Assembly (NCBI GenBank): GCA_001179505.1
Contig: CDMY01000279.1
Span: forward strand, 74,543 to 138,542
Source: Vitrella brassicaformis CCMP3155
Lineage: Eukaryota > Protista > Chromerida
Length of the DNA stretch: 64,000 bases
Direction: 5' to 3'
The notes under the pieces were generated by a model. That model ran no database searches. It was not told where the DNA came from and saw only the letters and a program-made list of their open reading frames with translations. Positions 1 to 12,436 of the stretch are shown here, one piece after another (position 1 is the stretch's first letter; every line of letters starts with the position of its first letter). A program made the position numbers and the translations under genes.

Positions 1-1406
1 GAGGCTTCCCTTCCGCCCGCGCCATCCATCTCGCCACGGTGCGAACCGGAGAAGGACTCCCGCAGCAGCAGACAGGAGGGAGGGGCCAAGGAAAAGGACA
101 AGGAAAAGGAGAAGGACAACACAGCTACGGCGGTGAACGACCAGCCCGCAGAGGCTTCCCAGCAGGCGACAGGGAATGTGGTAGAGAGGGTGGATGACGA
201 GGACATCTCCCACATGATTCCGCCCCACTTTCGTCTGCTGTGGCCCACCAAGTACATCGTCTGGGAGAGTGAGATCGACAGCGCCGCCAACCCTGAGGCG
301 GGCATGAGGCCATGGGAGAGAATCAGAGCGTTCGCCGGTCAGTGAGTGCACAAAAGACAGCAGACACAACGTGCTTGCGCTAAAAGCTTAAGTGTGTCTC
401 CTCCTCCTCTGTGGTGCGTGTGTCAGGTCGTGTGAGCAACATTCAGCGTCAGATAGGGCTGTGGGCGCGGTTCTTCGAGCGATGGTCCAACGCCCTCAGC
501 TTCGCCGACTCCACCGTCTCGCTCTACTGCTACCTCACTCTTGCAGTCATCTGTGTCACCCTCTCGATCGCATTCGCCGTCCTTCCCACACGGCTGGTGC
601 TGCTGGTGCTGGGCGAGTGCGCCATTTTCGGCTTCTACTTCGGCTGGTGGGCGGCCTACACTCGCCGGATGGCCCGCATTCGGTCGAGGGTTCGCGCACG
701 GCAGCTGATGAAGACCACCCGATCCCACAAGCACAAGCAGGCCAAGGCGAAAGAGCAGCAGCAGCAGCAGCCGAAGGCTCCCACCGCGACGCCGCCGCCC
801 GAGGCAACAACGAGCAAGAAGGCCCCAACCGACGAAGAGACAACGACCACCACCACAACCGCCACCACCGCCACCAGCAGCACCAGAGCGGCCGTGTCGT
901 CCGACGCACAGCCGCCTTCGTCGTGTGATGTGGACACCCTCTCTGTGGACAATGTGACAGTGCCGGCCGAGGACATTGACAACGAGACACTGCAGGAGGG
1001 CAACGGGGCCAATGAGATGGACGAGTGTCTGTCGGGGAGCAGCGAGTCCGACCAGGAGACACTCGAGGGCGACATCGAGGGCGACATGATGATGGACGAC
1101 CAGGGGGGTCTGGGGATGGGTGACCTCCCACGGAGCAAGGAGTCGTCTCAGCAGCTGGTGGGGCTGCTGGGCCACTGGCGACGGGCACTCATCAGACGCA
1201 TCAACCACACACGCGCACAGGTAGGTAACACAGTTGGGGAGAGGGAGGGGGCGGGGAGTGGCCAAGCCAAAACGTGTGTGTGCGCTTGTGTGCCGTGTGT
1301 GTGTCTTGTGCATCAGGTGGTGAATTTCCTGCTGCGGATTCCTGATGAGGAGATCGTTGCTCACCGCTTTATCGCCGCGTCGGCACTGCGGATGGATGCT
1401 GGCTGA
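1..1406 (+). CDS. 3' part of a multiple-C2/transmembrane (MCTP-like, PRT_C-type C-terminus) membrane protein; 5' end lies outside the window
   Basis: Exons ~1-339, 428-1220 and 1316-1406 with GT-AG introns. RVSNIQRQIGLWARFFERWSNALSF followed by a long hydrophobic hairpin and terminal FLLRIPDEEIV resemble the MCTP C-terminal region (VQN..GER..N...W / FLSRVP). Confidence 0.6.
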
Positions 1407-1816
1407 CGGTGGGTTATGCCGACAGATACGTCGGTGGATTATATATGTGTCTCAAGACAGCCCGACAGACAGCCCGACAGACGGACAGACGGAGGGTTCT
1501 TTGTGTATGTTTTCTGTGTGTGGGTGGGTCATGGGTCATGTGTGTCATCATCACTCATGGGGTGGACTGCCAATATGCAGCGAGAGCAGCTTTCACGCAA
1601 GGGAGAGGGAGGGGGAAGACGGGAGGGCAGCGCTGTGGCCATCCTCCCATATATCCAGGGGTCGGTCTTTCGCGTGTGTGGCTGACTGACTGAGCTCAGT
1701 CTTCTGTTTTTGGAGTGAGTGCCTTTCTGTGTGTGGCCCATAGAGACTTTCTCAACCAACCAACCACCACATCAGACGCGTGTGTGTATCCGTCATTCAA
1801 TGAGCCCATCAATCAT

Positions 1817-3693
1817 TCAATCGTCCGTCCCGGGCAATGCAATTGTCGTGGCGAACTGCAGACAGTTCCTAAACCGCAGCACAGCGAACTCACTCCACAG
1901 ACGCAGCTTCCTAGGGAAGAGGCCTCTAGCTAAGGGGTGGGGCAGCAGGATGCACCCGTGCCGCCTCTTCCCCCCTCCCCACTCAGCCCCCCGCCGTATC
2001 TTCATGTCCATCAGCACTCTCAGGTCGCCATACAGAGCGTCGAGAGAACGGCACTTGTCATCACCCAGCAGCCCAGACAGACTCCGAACGGTCTCTCTCT
2101 CATCAGCGGGGTCGTCTTCAGCCAAAGTTTGTTGTGCATCTCTATCAGTGGTGAGGAGGCCGCTGATGTCCATTGGCACATAGGGTGGGTCCACCAGGAT
2201 GTGGTCGAAGAGGGCGGTGGAGAGGCTGCCCGCCGCCGGCTGCTGGGGGGCCTTTGCGCCGGCCGGCTTGGTGAGCAGCAGGTCCTGAAACTTCCCGTGG
2301 TGCACGTTGATCAAAGGCAGCACCTGTATGTCCATGTCCCACACACAGGGAGGCGGTGTTGGTGTTGGTGTGTGTGGGGGAGCCTCCCCTCCCTGCTGCT
2401 TACATTAGCCTTTTCAGCGTTTTTGATGGTGCCGACGATTTCCCTCCACCCCTCCTCACAGCCCACGAGCCGGCCCTCAAGCCTCCTCCACTCCCTGCTG
2501 TTGGGGAGGACCATCCGGCGGTCGCACTCTTGTCTGGTCGCCAGCCATAAGCCCGGGTCGTGGAAGGGCAGGTGCTGAAAGCCCCAGGAGTGCTCTGGCC
2601 GCATGTAGCCACAGGGGGTGCGGGTGGCCATCAGGGCCGCCTCCACCAGAATGGTTCCCGTGCCGCACATGGGGTCGAGCAGACTGGCAGTCGGCCGCCG
2701 ACGTGTCTGTTGGTCGCGGCTCGTGGGTGTGTCTTGAGTGTGGTCGTCGTTGTTGACGTGTTCGTGGGCGAACCCAGAGGATAGAAGCATTGCTGATGCC
2801 GTGCAGGGGTCCAGCGAGTAGGGCAGCGTCACATCACTGCAGGCAGACAGAGAGATGCACCCATTGGCAAGCAACCAAGGGACATGAGGGAGGCTGTTCT
2901 GTCCTGCCTCTGTCTGTCTGTGCCCACCCACAGGTATGGCCTTCGCGATAGCGATTGCTGCGGCCCTGTGGTGTCGATCTGGACCACCACTTCACCGTCC
3001 CCGTGAGCCACCACACGGACCAGCCGCTGCGGATCCTTCAGCACCACCCTCACACACGCCTCACTGCCCACGTCTGCGGCCACGTCAACACCCCCAGGAA
3101 CCGCCGCCGCCTTGGCCTCGCTTGACGTCGGCCTTGTCGTGTCGAGCCGGTCGAGGATGGCATCCTTGACCAGCTGAGAAAGGTACCGTGTGGATGTGGC
3201 CCAGCCCATTGCACCACCTTCTGATGATGAAGGTGGTGCACTATCAACGGGGGCAGCTGGCGCGCCTTGGCTCGGTAGGTGGGGGACGATCAGCTGGCTA
3301 TTGACAGCAAAGGTTTGCGGCGGGTCGGTTGAGCCGCTGCTGCGGCGGGCGCGGGCGCGGAACACCTGTGTCCAGTCGACGCTGCGCAGCCCGTCGATGA
3401 AGTCAGCCTTGCTGCTGCAGTGAAACCGGCCCAGCTCCACAGACACGCGAGATGCCACACTGCAAAGGGAGAGGGGGAAGAAACATTATCTGAATGAATC
3501 AGCGAATGAATGGGCGGATCTCCCGTGCCCACCGTGACATATAGTTGAGGAGGTAGACGTCCCTCAGCTCGGCGTCTGGCAGCAGGACCCCGCATCGCTG
3601 CAGCTGCAGCTGCTTCCGGTCGTAGCCCAACGACACGAGCTCGTTGGCGAGCGAACTCTCCAGGCCGCGGCGGGTGGACAGAAAGCACCGCAT
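1817..3693 (-). CDS. RlmL/YpsC-type THUMP-domain RNA m2G methyltransferase (4 exons)
   Basis: N-terminus MRCFLSTRRGLESSLANELVSLG (cf. RlmL FASTARGLEELL), SAM-binding LLDPMCGTGTILVEAALMA, KNAEKAN, and motif IV FDHILVDPPY. The intron 2324-2403 (GTAAGC...CATACAG) restores the frame between the two ORF-track pieces. Confidence 0.8.
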
Positions 3694-3744
3694 CAAGGAG
3701 ATCTTCGCGCCTCCCCTTCGACGTTAGCGAGCGCCCTTCAGGCG

Positions 3745-3754
3745 TGCGAGCTAG
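3745..3754 (+). promoter_or_regulatory. Candidate promoter motif TGCGAGCTAG in the divergent spacer between the methyltransferase and the 3915 gene
   Basis: Read directly in the sequence. The same core recurs upstream of other gene starts (see findings). Confidence 0.45.
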
Positions 3755-3914
3755 CAAGCACGCGAGAAGGGACGCCGAAGGGATGCGGTGTAGCGCAGTG
3801 AATAGTGCAACACAGACACCGTGTGATCTCAAGAAGCAGCGGGTAGGTAGCCGACATCAGATCTTAGCTGGCGTCTGTGTCAGTGCTTTTGGGAAGTGTA
3901 GCGGCTGACGAGAG

Positions 3915-6900
3915 ATGCCGAGCAAGGGCGAGCGGACAACTGAGAGGGAGTATTCCCTGAGCTTCAATGACCTGTGCCGGCTGCTGTGCGAGAGCGGCAA
4001 CCGGGGCTCCACTCTCAATCCATACTTCCCTCTCAGGTCAGCACCCACGAGACACACACGCGCCTGTGAGTGCATGCACCCATCTGTGTCTGTGGGGACA
4101 CGTGTGTGTGTTGCTGGCTGCAGCTTTGAGACCTATGGTGACGGCGCGGCGCGGGACGACATCATCCACAAGCTGAGCATGCCGTGCAGCACGCTGCTGT
4201 CGCTGGAGAGGGAGGACAGCCACGAGCTCGACAAGGCCGTCAAGGACGCCTATCCCCCACCCCACACACAGCCTCCCCTCCCACCCTACTATGGCTTCAA
4301 GACCGAGGCCATCTTTGAGGCGCACAAGAGCGCGTGCAAGGCGCTCGACCACTGTGTGCACAACCGGATGGAGGAGGGGCTGAAGCGGGTCAAGGAGATA
4401 CTGGCCACGGAGCCGCTGTGCGCGCAGGCCATCCTGGTGCAGGCACAGTTCGATACCGAAACATACCGGGTGGGTGGGTGGTTTGTGGCGAGAGAGGGGG
4501 AAGAGGAAGACACACAGGGCGTCACAGAAGTTGCGCATGACGTGGGTATGGTGTGTAATGCATGTTGTCGTCGTGGCGTGTCTTCAGGATGCGTTGGCTT
4601 TGTTCCGTCGTGCGCTGGAGGTGTCGCTCGAGGCGTGTCAGGAGGATCTGATAGATGACCTCATCCGCCACCCCCTCAGCGACGACGACTGCCGCGCCGT
4701 CGAGCCGACATCCGGCCAGAGCCTGCTGAGCACCGCCCTCGCCGGCCACTCATCACCTGCCGCCAGCCCCACATCGTCGTCAGGGGGGAGGAGGAAAGGC
4801 ACATCGCGGCGGAACCAGTACAGGGCCCCTAGAGTGGACTCACACACGTATGTGGGTCTGCGGCCGTGGTATCGGTCGGTGCTGGGCATCGCCATGACAT
4901 GTCTTAAGATCGGGGTCTTCACCATTAGGGGCGGCAGCGAGGCCAAGGCCCTGGGGCGGGAGAAGGACCCCAGTCGAGATGCACAGTGGTACCTGCTACA
5001 GGCCAGGGAGCACTTCCTGGTGCTCCTCTCCACCGAGAGATCCGAGCGAGACCCCAAAGCAGTCTGGGGTAAGTCACCGGCACCGCACACACCGAGCAAT
5101 GAGGAGGGAAAGGGGAAATATGGTGTGTGTGGTGTGGTGTGGTATGTGCCCTGACCGTGTCTTTCGTGTCAGGTTCCTACCAGCATTTCATGCCTTACAT
5201 GCCCACGACTCTGCTGTGGAACTGCATGCCTGTGGAGGCGTGTCTGGCCTTCCTCGACACACACGACAAGAAGGAGACAGCCAACGAGTTCAGCGGGACC
5301 ACACTCCCGTGGCGCTTCTCCACCGCACTCTGTGACTTTGTCGTCGGCCGGGCGACCGTCAGCCCGCCGCCGGGAGGGGGCCAGACGCTCGACGCCTACC
5401 TGAGGCTGCAGGCGCTCAGACAGCTGGCCATGACACTCGTCAACTGTAAGCCAGCAACAAGAGATAGATGCATCCATCCATCAGAGCTTGTGGATGGATG
5501 CTGTGTGTGCCGTGTGGTGCGCAGGTGCTACTGAGTCTGCGGGCGTGTATGGCAGCGTCAATTACAGTTTGCTCGGTACCGGAGAGCGAGAGAGACCACA
5601 CAGAACAGACACACCGGCCATCCATCCATCCATGAGTACCTTTCTTCTCTTTATGTGTGGGTTTTCTCCTCCCTTGATGCAGGCGACGTGGTAGCATACA
5701 TCAGCGGAACGAAGCCCCTGCCCAAGGCGAGCATCCCCGTGTGGCTGCCGTCATACGCCGGGCCGCGCGGCTCCCTCAGCCTCATCCAGGCATGTCTCTA
5801 CGCCAAGCTGGCCGGCGACCTCTGGCATCGCACACCCTCGGCCCTCGACTTCCTCCACCGTGTCTACAACTCGGCCGTCGCGTCTCTGATGCTGCACCAC
5901 AACGACCTCCTGACGCACTCCAAGACTGCTGCCAGCACCGTGCCAAAGGATGAGCAGAGCTACCGCGGCTTCATGCGCGCCATGCTCGGCTCCACAGACA
6001 CATCAGGGGCCAGCAGCACCACCACGACATTCGCCGCCAGCGCGCCGGCGATCCCTGACGCGATAGTGGAGATTGTGAGCGGCGGCAAGACCATCCTGGA
6101 GCGAGCGGCTGACTGTTCGACGGCGCACCTTAAGCTGCTGGTGCAGGCGGGCGTGACGCCTCTGACTCCCATCCACACCTGCAGCACTGGGTGTTACAAG
6201 GACAAGCGCGCCCGAGCCGGCAAGGCGGCCACTGCTGGCAGCACCGCTGAAGCCGACAACGACAACCAGCCCGTCCTTCCGTACCTATCGCAGAAGGTCG
6301 GCTACCACGACCTAGACCCTGAGATGGCCATCATTGCCGCAACGGCCAAGCCCAAAGGCCTCCCGCTCTTCGGCTTCCCGCCCTACCCGGCGCTTGAGGG
6401 CCGTGCACCCCCAAATGTCGCCAGTCTGTGCCGCCTCGAGCATCGGTCCTGTCTCGAGCTCGCCGTCGCACGAGGCCACGTCGCATTGGTTCGTTCGCTG
6501 CTGCTGAGAATTGTAGAGAACCATCTGCTGACGGGCCATCTGTTCATGCGCCGGAAGAGGCTGCAGAAGAAGTCCCAGCCCGGCGGCAAGGGCAAGGGAG
6601 GAGGCCACACACACACGGGCAAGGGCGCCTCCAGTAGTAGCAGCAGCAGCGGTGCGGGCGGGCCCCAGCAGCCGGCAAGCGGCGACACCGAGGGCGTTGA
6701 GTTCGGCGAGTGTCTGCTGGCCACACTCATGGAGACCCTCGTGCAGGAGCAGCGCGACAGCGACACGGACGAGTATGCCCGCATGCTTGAGATGCTCGTC
6801 GGCTTCGGTGCCCCCGAGCCGCCCCAGTCTGCCTCGCTGCCCCTCACCCGCCACCTGGTCACCCTGCGAGGCGTGCAGATCCGCGACCATCCCAGGCGAT

Positions 6901-8324
6901 ACACCATCGTCCGCAACATTCTCACCACGCTCAGGATCAAGATCACCCTGGCAGCCAAGGCCAAGGGCCGGGGCGACACGGGAGGCGATGTGGCCGGCAA
7001 GGATGAGGCCCTGTGGGAGGGTGTGTGGGAGGATGAGGGGCCGGCGAGAAACGTCAGCAGAGCACCGCTCAAGGGCACCATGTCGCAGAGCACGACGGCG
7101 TCGTCGGCTGCGCCATCAGCACGTGGGTCAACGAGGGCGTCGCCCGTGGCCGTGCGGTCCCCCTCGCCCGTCAAGATTATTGAGGATGAGTGGGTGGACT
7201 TGGGGGCCAAGAGAAAGACCAGCAAGAAGAAAAAGGCGGCACACAAGGCTGACCAACCCAATGGCGGCCAAGGCGATGCGACCAAGTCCGCCAGCACATC
7301 CCCGCCAGAGTCCGCCGACCCATCCCCCTCCTCTCGTCAATCGCATGCCCTGTCGATGTCTCTCCAGCCGATAGTGAAGCGCCAGCTTGCTGTGGAGCTG
7401 CCCCAGGCCGTGAGGACGGCCGCCATAGACCTGCTCAAGGTGTGCGAGGCGGCCCTCAAGGCGCCCATGCCGGAGCGGCAGCTGGACACCGAGAGTGTGC
7501 ACACGAGGGACTCGGTGGTGCTGGAGGGTGAGGGGCTGCCGCTGCCCAGCCAGACGGTGGAGATCGTCGGCGGGACTGACGACACGCTCATCGGCCGGTT
7601 TGGGACCTACGTCAGGCCGGCATCCGACAGCGTCATGGGTGTTGACGATGGCGACACGGACGGGCCAGTCGACCCCTCGACGGAGCTGCACGAGGTCCTG
7701 CTGGACCCTCTCGTGGTGGAGGACGTCACGCCGACGAGCAGCAAGGACTCGGTTGTGTCGACAAGTGCGGCCCCCGAGTGTGTGTTGGTGCCTCGCTATG
7801 CGTTTCGTGTGGTGTGGCTGCCACCGCCCAAGATGCTCGGTGGCAAGGAGGTGCGGCTGCAGAACCTGAAGGCCGACCTGCATCTCAACGGCAGACGGGG
7901 AGTCGTCACACAATATGGCGGCACTGACAACAAGGGAGAAGACAGGTATGTACCCAACGAAGGAATGAGTGCATCAACCCATCTCATCAACCAGAATCCT
8001 GGTCTGCTTCCCCCCTCGTGTAGGTACGTGTGTGATGTGGATTATCGCATGGGCGAGCAGGGCCCCGACACGAGCGAGACCGACCTGCGCGGCCGCCGTG
8101 TGCGGCTGCATCACCTGCAGCTGCTGAAGCACACACGCATGGGCGGCAGCAGCCCCAAGGCCCAGCCGCTCATGGAGGAGCGGGACATCGATGCCGAGAC
8201 GGAGCGTGTGGAGCTGGCCAACGAGGAGGTGCGCGAGAGCCTCTACGCCGACACGCGCAAGCTGCTCAAGTTCTTCGGTGCATGGGTGCCGGGGCCTCTC
8301 GTAGACATCCATGCCATCGACTGA
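3915..8324 (+). CDS. Large multi-exon hypothetical protein (~1250 aa) with an ankyrin-like repeat and two SH3/KOW-like segments near the C-terminus
   Basis: Six spliceable exons (donors ~4037, 4469, 5069, 5446, 5577, 7946) ending at TGA 8324. Motifs: CLELAVARGHVALVRSLL (ankyrin-like), QTVEIVGGTDDTLIGRFGTY and KEVRLQNLKADLHLNGRRGVV. Confidence 0.7.
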
Positions 8325-9836
8325 CAGACTGACGGACTCACTGTCTAAATGAAGGGAGGGTCATAGATTAGAGTAGCTGCTGCGAGGTGCGCACGACGGC
8401 TGAAGGGGCAGGGTGAAGCCGTTCATCGCGTGGTCTGAGGGAGGCGTTGGGGGCCTCTCTTGCTTGCGATGTGCTGCTTGATCCGACTCTTGAAGAGCCC
8501 GTGGCGCCTCACCGACCCAGAGGCTGGCTGCTCGGTAAATAGGCCTCCCATAGCAATGCTGAGGCAGGCCGGTCTGCCTGCCTGGGGATGGAATGGTAGC
8601 CAGCTGTCCTTGTCGACGGACATATAGACAATCTACATATGAATGCCACTCAATGACCGGTGGGTGAGTGACATCAGCATTCATCGGCCGTGCTGCAGCC
8701 AGCTCCCACAGCTGCTCCCCCAACCCAATTCTTCCCCATCACCCGGGCCATACGTACTTGCACTTGGTGGCGGTGCGTGTGGTGCATTGTGCTTGCACTT
8801 GTGTGTGTATCTGACTGGATGAATGCGTGAATGAATGAAGGGCTGCTGCCGCTACAGATGTGCACACACACACACACACACACATACGCAGCCAAAACGG
8901 ACTCATCCCCTTGCAACTTGATTGGCTCATGCGCCGTTCGTTCACCATGGTGCATGGTGGACTAAGCGCGTGGGTGGCGGTGGTCGCCGACCGACGCACA
9001 CCGATGGCCATCGGCTGCATGCCGCTGCGTGCACAGCACACCACAGCGCTCCACAGCCGCAGCCGCAGCCGTCGAGAAATATGGAGCAAAGGAGGAAATG
9101 TCGAGAATTTTGGGGACGGAGACGGAGACGCCCCAAAATTTAATTAGTTCGCTCAAGTTCGCTCCGCTCGCTGCTGGTCTTCTCCACGTTCGGAAAGCCT
9201 TTCTGCCCGCGTCGTGAGTCGGACAGCCGCATGGATGGCCTCATCTACTGACCGCACCGTGACCGACGCGGCCGTGCAGAAACCATCACTCCCACTCCCA
9301 CTCCCCCTCCCCGCCCACCACCACCACCAGCAGGGCGGGCACGACGGAGCCGCACCCGACACAGCAGACCAGCACGGCCACTGAGGGAGGAAACAGCCGG
9401 CCGCCCTCCCACCGGCCGTGTCTTTGCCCGCCATGCCAGCGCCGAGACCAGCCGCAGTACGAGAGGATGGGATTCGTGACTTCCCCCTTCGCGACTCGTG
9501 GGTCGAGATGGTCGACAGCTGTGCAGCCAACCAAAGGCCGATTCCCGCCCCCTCCGCCGCTGACGAAGACCCTTGAGTCACCCGAGATCACACGTGAGCC
9601 ACGTGCACAGGGAAGGATGATGCGAGGGGATGCGGGCGGATATCTGTCGGTGTTTGTGTTTGTGTGCGATGTTGCTCGTACAGTTGGCACAGACACCGAA
9701 CCTCGGCAACACGTGTTATCAGTAAGAAAGCCACAATTGAACGTCAATACATACTTACCCTTTCTCTCCTTGTGGGCGGTGTGCAGAAATGCCGTCGTCT
9801 AACCACTGAAGGAGACGCCAGTGCTCTCAACGCTCG

Positions 9837-10745
9837 TGTCATGTTGATCTGTCTGTCTGGGTGCGTGTGTGGGTGTGTCGTGTCAGCAAGCAGGTGACCA
9901 TCTTCAGGCTCCCGCCGGCGTTCAGGCTGACGATCAGCCGGTTTCTCAAGGACAAGAGCGGCACACCCCAGTCCGCTTCAAGACCCGCAACTTCTGTCCC
10001 GGCGGGGTCCACGGCCTGTGCGAGCACTCCTGTGAGGAGAGATATGGGAGAGCGGCGGGGAGGGTGCGCTCATGCCTCTGTGTGTCCCTCTGTGTGTGTG
10101 TTGGGTGTTTTAGGGCACCCGACGATCGGCCGCGCCGCGAGTACGACCTCTACGCCGTGACCCACCACGGCGGCATCCTGAATGGCGGACACTCCTACGC
10201 CTAAGCACCTGACTGACAGACACGCACACACACAGACAACGCGTGACTGCAGAAGTGAAATGTGTGTCTGTCTGTGTGTGTCCGTGTCCGTGTCCGCGTG
10301 TGCAGCTGCGTTAAGTTGGTGAAGAACGGCGTGGTGTTGTGGGTGCGCCTCGACGACAAAGAGACACACTACGACATCCCTGAGGAGGAGCTGCAGGGTA
10401 CGGGCCCAGCAAGACGCACATGACATGAGCTGTATTGTTTTGGGTCTGCCTGCATTGCGTGTGTCCCTGTGTGCGTCAGGATCGACTGCTTAAACCTTGT
10501 GGTACGTCGCGCGTGACATGCCCAAGGTGTTCCAGGAAGCACGGACGATCCACATCCCCAAACGTATTGATGACCACCCACACACGACCACAGACACACA
10601 GACACCCTCTCCCATGCCCTCTGCTTATGCATATCTGTCACGTTGTGTGAGCAGCGGCCCCGCCCCCAGCGAAGCCCCCGACCACCACCAAGGGCAAGGC
10701 GGCCCCGCCCCCGCCGAAGCCCTCCACCAGCAGCAACGGCGGCAT
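9837..10745 (+). pseudogene. Ubiquitin-specific protease (peptidase C19) C-terminal fragment, tandem copy 1
   Basis: Exons encode KQVTIFRLPP..ISRF, TPVRF, His-box YDLYAVTHHGGILNGGH, WVRLDD and YxxWY. Lesions: frameshift near 9960, a 5-nt CCGCG duplication at ~10130, and a donor GT changed to CT (creating TAA) at ~10201. No Cys-box exon was seen. Confidence 0.75.
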
Positions 10746-10784
10746 GTTGAGGCCAGGTGGGTGGGGGGACGGTTTCCGTGCTCT

Positions 10785-12233
10785 TGTCATGTTGATCTGT
10801 CTGTCTGGGTGCGTGTGTGGGTGTGTCGTGTCAGCAAGCAGGTGACCATCTTCAGGCTCCCGCCGGCGTTCAGGCTGACGATCAGCCGGTTTCTCAAGGA
10901 CAAGAGCGGCACACCCCAGTCCGCTTCAAGACCAGCAACTTCTGTCCGGGGGCGGTCCACGGCCTGTGCGAGCACTCCTGAGGAGAGATGTGGGAGAGAG
11001 GCGGGGAGGGTGCGCTCATGCCTCTGTGTGTCTCTGTGTGTGTTGCGTTTTCAGAGGATCCCTCCATCAGCCGCGAGTATGATCTCTACGCCGTGACACA
11101 CCACGGCGGCATCCTGAACGGCGGCCACTTCTGGGCGTAAGCACCCGACGGACAGACAGACATACACACAGACAGAACGTGACTGCAAAAGGGAAATGTG
11201 TGTCTGTCTGTCTGTGTGTGTCCGTGTCCGCGTGTGCAGCGATGTGAAGCGGGTGGTGGATGGCGTGGAACTGTGGCTGCGTTTCGACGACGACAAGCCA
11301 GTCTACTTCATACCTGAGGAGGAGCTGCAGGGTACGGGATGGCCCAGCAAGATGCACATGACATGAGCTGTATTGTTTTGGGTCTGCCTGGCTTACGTGT
11401 GTCCCTGTGTGCGTCAGGGTCGACGGCCTACATCCTCTGGTACGTCGCTCGCGACATGCCCAAGGTGTTACAGGAGGCACGGACGGTCACCATCCGCAAA
11501 CGTATGTATGACCACCCACACACGACCACAGACACACAGACACCCTCTCCCATGCCCTCTGCCTATGCATGTCTGCACGTTGTGTGCAGCGGCCCCGCCT
11601 CCAGCGAAGCCCCCGACCACCACCAACAGCAAGGCGGCCCCGCCAGCGTCGAGGCCCCCCCCCACCACCAAGGGCAACACGGCCCCGCCAGCGTCGAGGC
11701 CTCCCACCACAACCAAGGGCAACACGGCCCCGCCAGAATCGAGGCCCCCCACCACCACCAAGGGCAACACGAGGGCAACGCGGTCCCGCCCGCGTCGAAG
11801 GCCCCGCCAGCGTCGAAGGCCCCCACCACCGCCAAGAGGACCCGCCACCACCACAGGCAAGGCGGCCCCGCCCCCGCCAAGAGGACCCACCACCACCACC
11901 AGCAACGGCAAGGCGCCTCCGGCCACCACCAGGATGAGCAACGGCAAGGCGCCTCCGGTGCCGCCGAAGCCCACCACCACCAGCAACGGCAAGGCGCCCC
12001 CCACGAGCAGCCATAGCAAGGCGCCCCCCACCGCCAGCCATGGCAAAGCGCCCACCAGCAGCAAGGGGAAGGCGGCGCGCGGCAGCTTTGGCGCGGGTTC
12101 GCACATCCTGATAGGCAGAGAACAAGATATTGCATGTCGCTGCCGATGTGGCGATGCCACATATTGCTGCCTACATTTTATATTCGTCAGTGTGTGTCTC
12201 TGTTCCTCCCGCTGCCAACGTGATGCCCTCTGA
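10785..12233 (+). pseudogene. Ubiquitin-specific protease C-terminal fragment, tandem copy 2, followed by a Pro/Thr/Lys-rich repeat exon
   Basis: Paralogous to 9837-10745 at an offset of ~948 nt, introns included. Motifs YDLYAVTHHGGILNGGHFWA, LWLRFDDD and STAYILWY. It shares the upstream frameshift and has lost the GT donor at ~10980. Confidence 0.75.
11590..12070 (+). repeat. Imperfect ~45-nt coding-type tandem repeat (KGNTAPPASRPPTTT / SNGKAPP units)
   Basis: Repeated AAGGGCAACACGGCCCCGCCAGCGTCGAGGCC and AGCAACGGCAAGGCGCC units. Confidence 0.8.
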
Positions 12234-12436
12234 GACACGTGTTGTGTGAGGATGTCTGAGTGGGTAGACGGATGCGCGAAGAAACTTTGAAGGAAACTCT
12301 CGTCGAATAAGTGTCGCATTCAGTGCATGTCCGATCGATCACATGAGCAAACCCATCACTTCCATTACATAGCCCAAACCGCACGGAAACCCCTACCAAT
12401 GCATTGACAGCCTCTCCAAAGAAAGAAATGAGGCAG

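Noticed and set aside
9235-9384. 49-codon ORF (MASSTDRTV...HHHHQQGG...) upstream of the USP relics
   Set aside because: It is short and low-complexity, and no splice path to the USP exons was found.
11339-12319. Several long overlapping ORFs in all frames, including a hydrophobic 283-aa minus-strand ORF
   Set aside because: These are artefacts of the GC-rich tandem repeat. Only the plus-strand Pro/Thr/Lys frame fits the preceding splice phase.
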